Made by a program: the position numbers and the translations under genes. 64,000 nucleotides of DNA from NCBI GenBank assembly GCA_963674595.2, contig CAXXFV010000008.1:64001-128000 (forward strand), given 5' to 3'. Each line of letters starts with the position of its first letter. Position 1 is the first letter of the stretch. Positions 9,850-18,789 of the stretch are shown piece after piece. Under the pieces are notes generated by a model, which did no database searches, was not told the origin of the DNA, and was given only the letters and a program-made list of their open reading frames with translations. This DNA is from a bacterium (GTDB lineage Bacteria; Zhuqueibacterota; Zhuqueibacteria; Residuimicrobiales; Krinioviventaceae).

Positions 9850-12585
9850 TTAGTTTTTAACTTTAAATTTATATGTACCGGATTGTATCGAAAAAATTAC
9901 ATAATTATTTTCAGTATTGATATACTTGATGCCATAACTGGTTTTTGCCGGTTTTCCGCTTTCGAATACCTGGTCCGGATCAGCGGCGGGTATATAAACA
10001 TCGGCGGTTGCGTTTACAGGAACTGAGACATTTAATGTCAAACCGGATTCCTTTTTTTTCCAACCGGAGCTGATCGTCCCTTGAATGGTTTGGATGGAAG
10101 CCCAGGCATATTCAAGCGTTTCCGGAATGTATGGTTTGATCATCACTTTGCTAAAGCCCGGGTAAGATTCAAGCGGGACAATCCCTGTCAGTGTTTTATA
10201 AAAAAAGGCATCGATGCTGCCGGTCATAACATGGTTATGGGACTGCTTTAACGTCCAGAATTCGCACATGGTTGTGTATTTGGCTACCATATCGCTCCAA
10301 CTGGGGTAACCTGTCTGCGTCGCCAATAGCCAGGCAACATCCGCCCGATTGTTTCGGCTCAGGGCGTCAATCATATATTTTGAACCCAAAACACCTGTTG
10401 TCAGGTGACCCTTGTTTGTTTCGACAATGTCCTGAACAAGGTTGTTGAGAACATTTTGTTTATGTTCTGGTGGAACAAGTTTCAGAAATAACGGAAAAGC
10501 ATTTGCCATCTGGCTGCCGTCGTTATACTGATTTGATTCCTCATTAAAGAATTTTTTATTAAATGCATTTTTTATATTTTGGGCCAGTTTTTCAAACTTT
10601 TGTTGTTTATCTTTTTTATCCAGAACGGCTGCCATTTTTGACAGGATAACAGAATTCCAGTAATAAAAGGCTGTAGGAACCGATTCCGGTTCTCCTTCTT
10701 TCCAGCCATTTACCAAACTTCCCCAATCGCCAATCCATCCCGGTTTTAAAATGTAATCGGTTGCAATACTGTCAAGAAATTGCATATAACGGTCCATTGT
10801 ATCAAAATGATCTGCGAGGATTTGTGTATCTCCATAGTAGATGTAATATAGCCAGGTAAGGACGATATAGGTACTGCTCCATTCAACACCTTCATCCCAG
10901 ATATAAGGGCGGGGTGATATAATGGGTATATCTCCTGTTTTTTCGTCCTGGTTTTCTCTAATCCCGCTTAACCAGTTTTTGTAAAATAAAGGCATATCAA
11001 AGTTAAACATGGCTTCTTCGGCAGTCACCTGAGCGTCTCCAAACCAGCCGAGACGTTCATCACGCTGGGGGCAGTCCATGGGATAGCCGAGCATATTGCT
11101 TTTCTGTGACCAGATGGTTGCTTTATGGATTTTATTTACGGTTTCATTGCCGCATTCAAAATCCCCGGTCTGTTCACAATCAGTGTGAACGACGCACCCG
11201 GTGACGTTTTCAATTATCGGGCATTCGGGTGCACCGGTTATTTCAACATACCTGAAGCCAAAATAGGTAAACCGTGATTCATAAATTTCAGGAGCATCTC
11301 CCTTCAGGATGTATATTGCTGTTGCCTTTGCATGTTCGTTACTGGTTGTGTTTATTGTGTTGTCATCATTAATATCTTCCGCAAATCGCAATTTTACCTT
11401 TGTGCCTTTTTTCCCGTCAAAAATTACTCTAACCCAACCGGTAAAATTCTGCCCCATATCATAAACATAAACTCCCTCTGATGGTTGATGCTTTTTTACC
11501 GGTTTAATATGACCGATAACTTTAATAGCCGGCATTGTATGGGAAATCATTTTGCCGTGAGGTGCCTTTACAGTTTTAACCGGAAGCCATTCGTTATCAT
11601 CGAATTCCGGTTTCGCCCAGTTTGGCTGTTCCAAATTAGCATCATAAATTTCACCATCATAAATGCAATTAAACGTGACAGGGCCATTGGAGTATTTCCA
11701 CTGCTCATTAGTGGTGAAAATTTGTGTTTCCCCGTTTTGATATTCAACGTGCAGTTGCAGTATGGCTCGTTTTGAGCCGAACCATTGCATGCGATATGGC
11801 CGCCACCATTTTTTATAGGGATTAAACCAGCCATTGCCGAGATGAATCCCCAGAGCATTTGCACCATTTTTTAACTGGTGAGTCACATCATAGGTATCAT
11901 AAAGGATTTGTTTATTGTAATTTGTTTTGGCCGGGGCAAGAACATGGTCTCCAATTTTTTCACCGTTAATATACAATTCATAAAATCCAAGACCGGTAAC
12001 AAAAACCCGGGCCCGTTTAATATCATTAAGACAATTAATTTCACGACGTAAAAGTACTGAACCGCCGTCATAAATCACTGTGTCGGCAAACTCGTATTGC
12101 TCTTTTAAACTTTGATAAAAACCCTGATCCGATAGTGCTTCTGCTACAGGGTCAGCGGCGATCCAATTTGCTGACCAGACAGTATCTGATAAAAATGCTG
12201 TTGAAAATTCGGCAACATCGCTTTCAATTAACTGATTATCCTTGTCCCAAATTTTAACTTTCCAAAAATATTGACTGTTGTTGTTAAGCGGTTTTCCGTT
12301 ATATTCAATGTGTGAAGATTGAGAGGATGATTTTTTCCCGGAATTCCATAAAATTTGATTTTCGTTATTTAAATTATTTTTTGACCGGCTGACCAATACC
12401 TGGTAAGCAGTTTGTCGTTGTCCTCTCGTATCAGATTTAGTTACCCAACTGAAATGCGGATGTTGACAGTCAATATTGACCGGGTTTTTAGAATATTCAC
12501 ATTTTAATAAAAGTTCGATGTTTTTATACGTATGGCAGGATAGAAGAAAAATGATAAAAATCGGCAAGAAAATTATGTTCTTCAT
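9850..12585 (-). CDS. GH78 alpha-L-rhamnosidase family glycoside hydrolase, probable lipoprotein
   Basis: Motifs DCPQRDERLGWFGD, DMGQNFTGW, FTYFGFRYVEI and SHNH. Likely start at ATG 12585 after GAGGG, with lipobox FLLSC. Confidence 0.9.
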   Translation of the reverse strand: MKNIIFLPIFIIFLLSCHTYKNIELLLKCEYSKNPVNIDCQHPHFSWVTKSDTRGQRQTAYQVLVSRSKNNLNNENQILWNSGKKSSSQSSHIEYNGKPLNNNSQYFWKVKIWDKDNQLIESDVAEFSTAFLSDTVWSANWIAADPVAEALSDQGFYQSLKEQYEFADTVIYDGGSVLLRREINCLNDIKRARVFVTGLGFYELYINGEKIGDHVLAPAKTNYNKQILYDTYDVTHQLKNGANALGIHLGNGWFNPYKKWWRPYRMQWFGSKRAILQLHVEYQNGETQIFTTNEQWKYSNGPVTFNCIYDGEIYDANLEQPNWAKPEFDDNEWLPVKTVKAPHGKMISHTMPAIKVIGHIKPVKKHQPSEGVYVYDMGQNFTGWVRVIFDGKKGTKVKLRFAEDINDDNTINTTSNEHAKATAIYILKGDAPEIYESRFTYFGFRYVEITGAPECPIIENVTGCVVHTDCEQTGDFECGNETVNKIHKATIWSQKSNMLGYPMDCPQRDERLGWFGDAQVTAEEAMFNFDMPLFYKNWLSGIRENQDEKTGDIPIISPRPYIWDEGVEWSSTYIVLTWLYYIYYGDTQILADHFDTMDRYMQFLDSIATDYILKPGWIGDWGSLVNGWKEGEPESVPTAFYYWNSVILSKMAAVLDKKDKQQKFEKLAQNIKNAFNKKFFNEESNQYNDGSQMANAFPLFLKLVPPEHKQNVLNNLVQDIVETNKGHLTTGVLGSKYMIDALSRNNRADVAWLLATQTGYPSWSDMVAKYTTMCEFWTLKQSHNHVMTGSIDAFFYKTLTGIVPLESYPGFSKVMIKPYIPETLEYAWASIQTIQGTISSGWKKKESGLTLNVSVPVNATADVYIPAADPDQVFESGKPAKTSYGIKYINTENNYVIFSIQSGTYKFKVKN

Positions 12586-12631
12586 TTTTCCCTCTTTATA
12601 AAAGAACTTGAGTGTTTGAATATTAAAACAT

Positions 12632-12660
12632 ATCGTACAAAATTGTAATGATAAAATCAA
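12632..12660 (-). promoter_or_regulatory. Putative sigma70 promoter of the GH78-GPH operon
   Basis: TTGATT-N17-TACGAT on the minus strand, about 45 nt upstream of the start. Confidence 0.5.
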
Positions 12661-12923
12661 GCAAAATGAATGGATCAATGGATTAATGTTATAAAAATCA
12701 AAATTTTACATGATATGTTTTTATATCTCAATAATCAGTTCATAGTATGCTTATTTTGAAAAAAAATGAATTATTTTCAAAAAACTGATGCATTAGACAA
12801 TTTTTTTTCTTATACTTAGATTGATGTACTATTTTTGGCTGATACCAGAACGTCTGATAACGGATTTAATAAGAACATTTATAATAATGTTGTATGAATT
12901 CTGAATAGAGGTTGGAGCAAATA

Positions 12924-14072
12924 ATGACTGTACCATTTTACGGAGCAGAAGATTTGCTTGAGGAAACGCCAGGCTATCCTTATAGAATTTCACGGCATAA
13001 AACGATCATTGCGATGGCCGGAGGAAAGGGAGGGGTTGGGAAAACAGTTACGACTGCTTCGATTGGTATTGCCCTGGCAGAAGCCGGAAAAAGTACGGTT
13101 GTTGTTGATGCTGATTTTGGCGGTGCAAACTTGCACCAATCTTTGGGATTTATGAATCCGCATATTTCCGTTTTAGATTTTTTTACCCGCCAGGAAAATG
13201 ATCTTAACAAGTTATTGTTAAATACTTCAATTCCTTACCTGCGTATTTTAGCCGGTGCGCCTGGTGCTGTTGGTCTTGCTAATTTACCTTTCTGGATAAA
13301 ACTTAAACTCTTTAGACATATAAATCGGATTAATGCTGAATTTATCGTTTTGGATATTGGGGCTGGTGCTGCGTTTAATCAACTCGATTATTTTAATTAT
13401 GCAAATTTGGGTCTGGTCGTTATCACGCCGGAACCTTTTGCCATTCAGGATGGATTTAATTTCCTTAAAGTTGCCTTGTTAAGAAAATTATATCGCAAAT
13501 TTCGTAAAGTCGACGAGATCCGTGCTATATTTAAAAAACTTTTGAAAACTGATATTCGTTTATACCCGATTTCCATCAAAGCATTAACAGAAGAAATATC
13601 TCATTTAAACGGTTCCATCCTTTATGAATGGGTGAGAACAATAAAATCGTTTAAACCTGCTGTTGTAATCAATATGGTCGAAGATAAAAAAGATCAGGTT
13701 GAATGTCTTGCTTTGCAGGTTGCCGCAAAAGAAATTTTAGACATTGATTTAAATACTTTTTGTTTTGTTCATTATGACGATAACTATCGAAAAGGCGCCA
13801 AGTTAATGCGCCCGGATTTATTAATGGCAAATGACGGTTTAGCAGCCAATGATATTCGGGTGAGCGTGAAACATTATCTGGATGAGGACGTTAGTGCGCT
13901 GGAAAAGCATATCCCAAATTCATTTTGGAGTTCTTTACAGTCCCAGGATGATATGGAAAATGAAGATATTATCTGCTCCATAAAATGTACACTATGGGGC
14001 CGGTGTAGTGCACAAAACGGAGGGTATCCCTGCCGAATTAAGGTCATTGGGTTTGCCAACCAAAAAAAATAA
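12924..14072 (+). CDS. MinD/FlhG-like P-loop ATPase with a C-terminal Cys-rich tail
   Basis: Deviant Walker A GGKGGVGKT, DADFGGANLH and LDIGAG. Tail CSIKCTLWGRCSAQNGGYPC. Start placed at the ATG after GGAG. Confidence 0.85.
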   Translation: MTVPFYGAEDLLEETPGYPYRISRHKTIIAMAGGKGGVGKTVTTASIGIALAEAGKSTVVVDADFGGANLHQSLGFMNPHISVLDFFTRQENDLNKLLLNTSIPYLRILAGAPGAVGLANLPFWIKLKLFRHINRINAEFIVLDIGAGAAFNQLDYFNYANLGLVVITPEPFAIQDGFNFLKVALLRKLYRKFRKVDEIRAIFKKLLKTDIRLYPISIKALTEEISHLNGSILYEWVRTIKSFKPAVVINMVEDKKDQVECLALQVAAKEILDIDLNTFCFVHYDDNYRKGAKLMRPDLLMANDGLAANDIRVSVKHYLDEDVSALEKHIPNSFWSSLQSQDDMENEDIICSIKCTLWGRCSAQNGGYPCRIKVIGFANQKK

Positions 14073-14073
14073 T

Positions 14074-14637
14074 TTAATCAGCATGAGAATAGGGGATGTT
14101 CTTACAATGCTCCTCGTAACGGGCCAATACATACAGCACGTCCGAAAGCCTGTTAATATAAGGTAAAATAATCGGATTTTTAATTTCATCGTTTTCATAT
14201 AATCTGACGATGTTTCGTTCTGCTCTGCGAACAACCGCTCGGGCAACGTCAAGAATTGCTGAGACCTCATCCTGTCCGTACAATACAAATTTTTTGGGTA
14301 AATCAAGTTTTGGTTCGATTTCCTGATGATTTTGTTCCAGGATTTTTAAATGATCTTGTTTTATTTTTTCTTTTAATAAAGATAACGATTCCGGCGGGCA
14401 GGCCAGTTCAGAGTTAATTAAATAGATATGCTTTTGTATTGTTAATAGAAGGCCTTGTGTTGTTTTGATATTTGTTTTAACTCTGGCAAGACCTATAAAC
14501 GCATGCGCTTCATCCAGTGTGCCGTATGCTTCCGGCCGGCTATCGGATTTTTTTATTTGCTTTTGGTCCAATAATCTTGTACGGCCGGAATCTCCGGATT
14601 TTGTTGTAATAGAATTTTTTTTATTCTGATCATTCAT
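14074..14637 (-). CDS. pduO: PduO-type cob(I)alamin adenosyltransferase
   Basis: Motifs TTKSGDSGRT, AYGTLDE, ARAVVRRAER and YINRLSDVLYVLAR. Confidence 0.9.
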   Translation of the reverse strand: MNDQNKKNSITTKSGDSGRTRLLDQKQIKKSDSRPEAYGTLDEAHAFIGLARVKTNIKTTQGLLLTIQKHIYLINSELACPPESLSLLKEKIKQDHLKILEQNHQEIEPKLDLPKKFVLYGQDEVSAILDVARAVVRRAERNIVRLYENDEIKNPIILPYINRLSDVLYVLARYEEHCKNIPYSHAD

Positions 14638-14643
14638 ATCAAA

Positions 14644-16431
14644 CTATTTCTCAATAATTAAATGGTCTGCAATATTGCCTTCATCGTTATAACTTTTGTA
14701 AATGAGTTTGTTCCCGCTGACAAGAATATCAAGAATTTGAAAGGTAGATGTATTTGTAAATCCATTTTCAATATAATCATAATCACCCTGTTTATACATT
14801 TTAGTGCCTGAAACAGATACAACATATACTGTACCTTCCTTTGTCGATTCCACTCTTTTGTTATCTTTCATCGGGTATGTTCTTAAATAAGCGTGATCGT
14901 GTCCCTGCAGGACCATGTCGACATGATGCTTGTCAAAAATTGGTAACCAGGCAGAACGATGTTCCGGGTTGTCCCGGTTGTTGCTGGAAGAATAGATTGG
15001 ATGGTGAAACATGACAAATTTCCAGGTTGCTTTGCTGTCTGTTAAGGTCTGGTCCAGCCACTGGGCTTGCGAGGCGGGATCTAAATTGCTGTCCAATGAA
15101 ATAAATAAGGCATTGCTATATTCAAAACTGTAAACACGTTCTTTTTCAATAGGCTTTGGCGCGTTTTCAGGCAGGTGTAATAGTTGTAAATAGAGTGACG
15201 GATGCCCGCCCTGGCATTCATGGTTTCCGATGGCCGGCATCAGGCTCGCCGATGCAAAGTTTTGGTCGGCATTTGAAAACAGTGCATCCCAATCGTCTCT
15301 TTGAGCGCCTCTGTTTACCAGGTCTCCGGCCATTAGGATAAATGAAACATCCGGCCGCATACGATAGGCTGTTTTCATCAGAGAACCCCAGCGTTCCAGA
15401 CCATTTTGTGCATCGCCCATATATAAAAATGAAAAGGGTTGAGTCCGGTCCGGGGCCGTCGTAAATTCGTATAAACTGCTTTTGTAGGACCCTGTCTCGT
15501 CTGAGATGGAATAAACATAGGTGGTATTTGGTTCGAGGTTTTCAAGAGTTACAAAATGCCTGTAAATTGCCTTGTCGTTAAATACAGTATTTGTTGAAAT
15601 TTTTTCTATCGTCGAATTTGCTTTTTGTGGTTTTTCCGGATTGAAATTATAAAAAAGACTTTTCTTTTGATAATACAGATATCCGGAAGTAATTGTTGTG
15701 TCCGTACGCCAGCTTACAGTTTGAGTTGTACGCGGGTCTTTAGTCCAGCTTAAAATGATATGGTCCGGTTGTTTCTGACTTGGGTACTCTGTTACCGTAT
15801 AAATATTGGTTAGCCTGGCCGCATCCTTGTTTGCATATATTGTTTGAAAGATATAGCTGTCGTTTAAAATTTCAGGAAACGAATCCAGGAGAGTGGCACG
15901 GTCAACATATATACTGGTATTTTTTTCTGTTTTAGCTAGTTTATGTTGCCCGGGATAGATTTTATCAACTTTAAAAATTTTATCGGATTTAATAAATACG
16001 GCATAATGGCGGCCGCCGCCCCTGACGGAATTAATACCCAGATTTATCCGTCCTTTATTAAATTTTTTTTCCCATAAATTATACTCACCATCATTTGTTT
16101 TTATTTTTTCCCCGGTTAAGCGAAATCCTGTTTTTTGAAGCCAGAATGGAGTTTGGTTACGATAATTAACGGCAATATAAACAGTAATATTTTGATTTGC
16201 TGAAAATGTAATATATTCTGTTGATAATAGTTCTAATTCCTGATCTGTGAGGTATGTATGAATGTTATCCGAAGATAGTTTATTAATGGTTTCAATGGAA
16301 ACTGTTTGGCTCAGACGTTTCAGGATATCAGCGGTTATATCATGTATCGAACCTGTATTATTTACATGTCCGTTTGCAAAAACAACATATAAAAACAGAA
16401 CCAGTGGTGCTATAATAATACTTTTTTTCAT
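14644..16431 (-). CDS. Secreted purple acid phosphatase-like metallophosphoesterase with FN3-like domain
   Basis: Signal peptide. Motifs GDAQ, GDLV, GNHE, HHP and GHDH. FN3-like segment TVSWRT..LEPNTTYVY. Confidence 0.85.
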   Translation of the reverse strand: MKKSIIIAPLVLFLYVVFANGHVNNTGSIHDITADILKRLSQTVSIETINKLSSDNIHTYLTDQELELLSTEYITFSANQNITVYIAVNYRNQTPFWLQKTGFRLTGEKIKTNDGEYNLWEKKFNKGRINLGINSVRGGGRHYAVFIKSDKIFKVDKIYPGQHKLAKTEKNTSIYVDRATLLDSFPEILNDSYIFQTIYANKDAARLTNIYTVTEYPSQKQPDHIILSWTKDPRTTQTVSWRTDTTITSGYLYYQKKSLFYNFNPEKPQKANSTIEKISTNTVFNDKAIYRHFVTLENLEPNTTYVYSISDETGSYKSSLYEFTTAPDRTQPFSFLYMGDAQNGLERWGSLMKTAYRMRPDVSFILMAGDLVNRGAQRDDWDALFSNADQNFASASLMPAIGNHECQGGHPSLYLQLLHLPENAPKPIEKERVYSFEYSNALFISLDSNLDPASQAQWLDQTLTDSKATWKFVMFHHPIYSSSNNRDNPEHRSAWLPIFDKHHVDMVLQGHDHAYLRTYPMKDNKRVESTKEGTVYVVSVSGTKMYKQGDYDYIENGFTNTSTFQILDILVSGNKLIYKSYNDEGNIADHLIIEK

Positions 16432-16504
16432 TTACGCTCCTTTTAATAATTGTCTTTTCAAACAATTCCTTACCCTGTGATATTCCTCAAAAAGAGTGGT
16501 GGTT

Positions 16505-18769
16505 TTATTCAAGATTATTGAGGGCTTGCAGCCTTTTTTCTGCATTAGCCTTGTATTCTAATGAACCTTTATGAGAAGGGTCAATTTGCAGGGCTTTATT
16601 CCATTCATAAATTGCCAGTTCATATTTTTCTTCGGTATATAATTTTAAGCCTCTGTTAAAATAATCATCTACCTGGTCGTTTAAAAACATCCTGCACCTT
16701 TTGTCAAGAATTAATGTTTCTTCATTATGTGGGTCTATTTCAAGGGCTTTGTCAAAGTATTCCAATGCTTCGAGATACCGGCCGCTCAAAAAGTCAGATT
16801 TGCCTTTTTCAATAAATTGTTCCAGGTTATAACGTTGCGACGTTTGTTCTTTAAGAAGAATCGCTTCATTAAATTTCGGGTCCAATACAAGTGCGGAATC
16901 CAGGGCTGCCAGCGCATATTCCCACTGTTGTTGTTGAATAAATTCTTTGGCTCTGATTATATATTGATCAGTTTTCGAATTCGTTTGCTGGGTTATCTGG
17001 GAAATATATTTACCGGCTTTGGGATGGTGATGTTGAATCTTTAATACATTACGAAAGTGTTGCTCGGCTTTTACATAATCCTCATCCTTGAGAGCTTTTT
17101 CGCCTTGAGCTAAATGATAGCTGATTATTTTTGATAATCGTGCATTTATATTGTCTATTTTGTTTGAGGCAGATTCATTTTTCGGATTGAGACTGAGAAT
17201 TTTTTGGTATCTTGATTTTGCTTTGATTAATGCATTTTGATTTTCATAAAATTGTGCTTCTTTTTCAAGTGTTTCTATTTGGTCATTTGTTTTTGCACTT
17301 TCATCTTGGATTTTTTTAAGGTATTCCTGCGAATCGGTATAATTAGCATCAAACTTTAATGATTGAAGAAATTCCTCTTCAGCTCTTTTATAATTTCGCT
17401 GACTGTAAAAACCAAGTCCTGTGTAAAAATGATTTTCTGCATATTTTTTGTTTATTTCGTCAATCTTTTTTAAATAGGATTTTGTTTTATAGTGGTCCGG
17501 ACGAACAAGCATTATAGATTCAAATATTTCCTGTGCTTCTGCGTATGATTCTTTATTAAAGTAATCAACAGCAATATTGAACCACTTGTCGATGTGCTGT
17601 TCCAGTTTTGGACGGTTCTGAATAAATGCTTCTGTCGCTTTTTCATGATTTGGATTTATTTTTAAAATTCTGAGATAAAGAGCTGCCGCTTTAATATACC
17701 ATGATTTTTCTTCATAACTTTTTGCAATTAAAAGCAAAGAGTCAATTTTATTGTTTTCATTTTTAATATATTGTGAAAGTGAATTTTCAAGGTTAGCAGC
17801 CTGCATATAGCCGGGATCATAAGCAACAGCTTTTTTGGCATTTTTTAATGCTGCCCGATGATCATTGTCTTTTAAATATTTTTTTGCTTCATTAAATTCC
17901 TTTTGTGCTAAAATATCAGGACTTGGACCGATGCGAAAAATTGTTGACACTGCTATTTTTTCTATATTTGTATCATAGCTCAAGTCAAAACCAATATTTT
18001 GCCATTTTGTTTGAATACCAAAGGTGAAATTTCGGGATTCAAAATCTTTAAAGCCTCCTGCTATTTCAAGACCTTTCAAGAGTGGAAATTCAAATCCGAG
18101 GTGGTCTGTGTCAACATTCCGATGAAAATGATGGGCGTAAAAAACTTTGGGCCCCTTGTTAAACAACGCATAGGACCCGCCGACTCTTATTTGGTGGTCG
18201 TAATCATTTACGATAAAAGGAATATTTTGTACACTCACACCAATGGTGAGTTTGTTGGCTAAAAGCGGTGAGTCGAAAATATTTTTATGATTGTTGTCAG
18301 CATCGAATAAAAATCTTTCCGGTTTGAATATGAAACCAAATCCTGCTGTTGTCCAGCTTTCGCGGTCAATTGAAAGTGCGGAAATAGAGGCCCCGAACGA
18401 GAAATACCTGTTTAGCTTTCGTCCCCATCCAATGCTGCCAAATTCAACGGCATTGTCCATTTTACTTGTTCGGGCTATATTTACGGCAAATGTACCGTGT
18501 AACGGATTAAAAAAAGCATATCCGGTATAATTTAATTGAAAAGCCTCATGGATGGCCGTAGTTATTTGATGTTGACGAATATAACCGAGAGCCGCCGGAT
18601 TCCAGTAAAGAGCAGTTGGGTCATATATTTCAGTAACGCCTGATTTCCCTAAACTGGAAGATAACGCGCCGGGTGAAAAGTCAAGCAATTGCTGCTGGCT
18701 ATAAAGTAAATGTTGTGTGTAAAGTATTGTGATAACTAAAAGTATGCACTTAATTCGAGCATTTTTCAC
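16505..18769 (-). CDS. PorV/UPF0164-like beta-barrel N-terminal domain fused to a long TPR array
   Basis: Signal peptide. DPTALYWNPAALG matches the PorV/FadL-family N-terminal motif, followed by about 250 aa of alternating beta-strands. About 460 aa of TPR repeats follow (ALEYFDKALEIDP, WNKALQIDP). Confidence 0.78.
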   Translation of the reverse strand: MKNARIKCILLVITILYTQHLLYSQQQLLDFSPGALSSSLGKSGVTEIYDPTALYWNPAALGYIRQHQITTAIHEAFQLNYTGYAFFNPLHGTFAVNIARTSKMDNAVEFGSIGWGRKLNRYFSFGASISALSIDRESWTTAGFGFIFKPERFLFDADNNHKNIFDSPLLANKLTIGVSVQNIPFIVNDYDHQIRVGGSYALFNKGPKVFYAHHFHRNVDTDHLGFEFPLLKGLEIAGGFKDFESRNFTFGIQTKWQNIGFDLSYDTNIEKIAVSTIFRIGPSPDILAQKEFNEAKKYLKDNDHRAALKNAKKAVAYDPGYMQAANLENSLSQYIKNENNKIDSLLLIAKSYEEKSWYIKAAALYLRILKINPNHEKATEAFIQNRPKLEQHIDKWFNIAVDYFNKESYAEAQEIFESIMLVRPDHYKTKSYLKKIDEINKKYAENHFYTGLGFYSQRNYKRAEEEFLQSLKFDANYTDSQEYLKKIQDESAKTNDQIETLEKEAQFYENQNALIKAKSRYQKILSLNPKNESASNKIDNINARLSKIISYHLAQGEKALKDEDYVKAEQHFRNVLKIQHHHPKAGKYISQITQQTNSKTDQYIIRAKEFIQQQQWEYALAALDSALVLDPKFNEAILLKEQTSQRYNLEQFIEKGKSDFLSGRYLEALEYFDKALEIDPHNEETLILDKRCRMFLNDQVDDYFNRGLKLYTEEKYELAIYEWNKALQIDPSHKGSLEYKANAEKRLQALNNLE

Positions 18770-18789
18770 GTTAATCGTTTTCCTTATCC

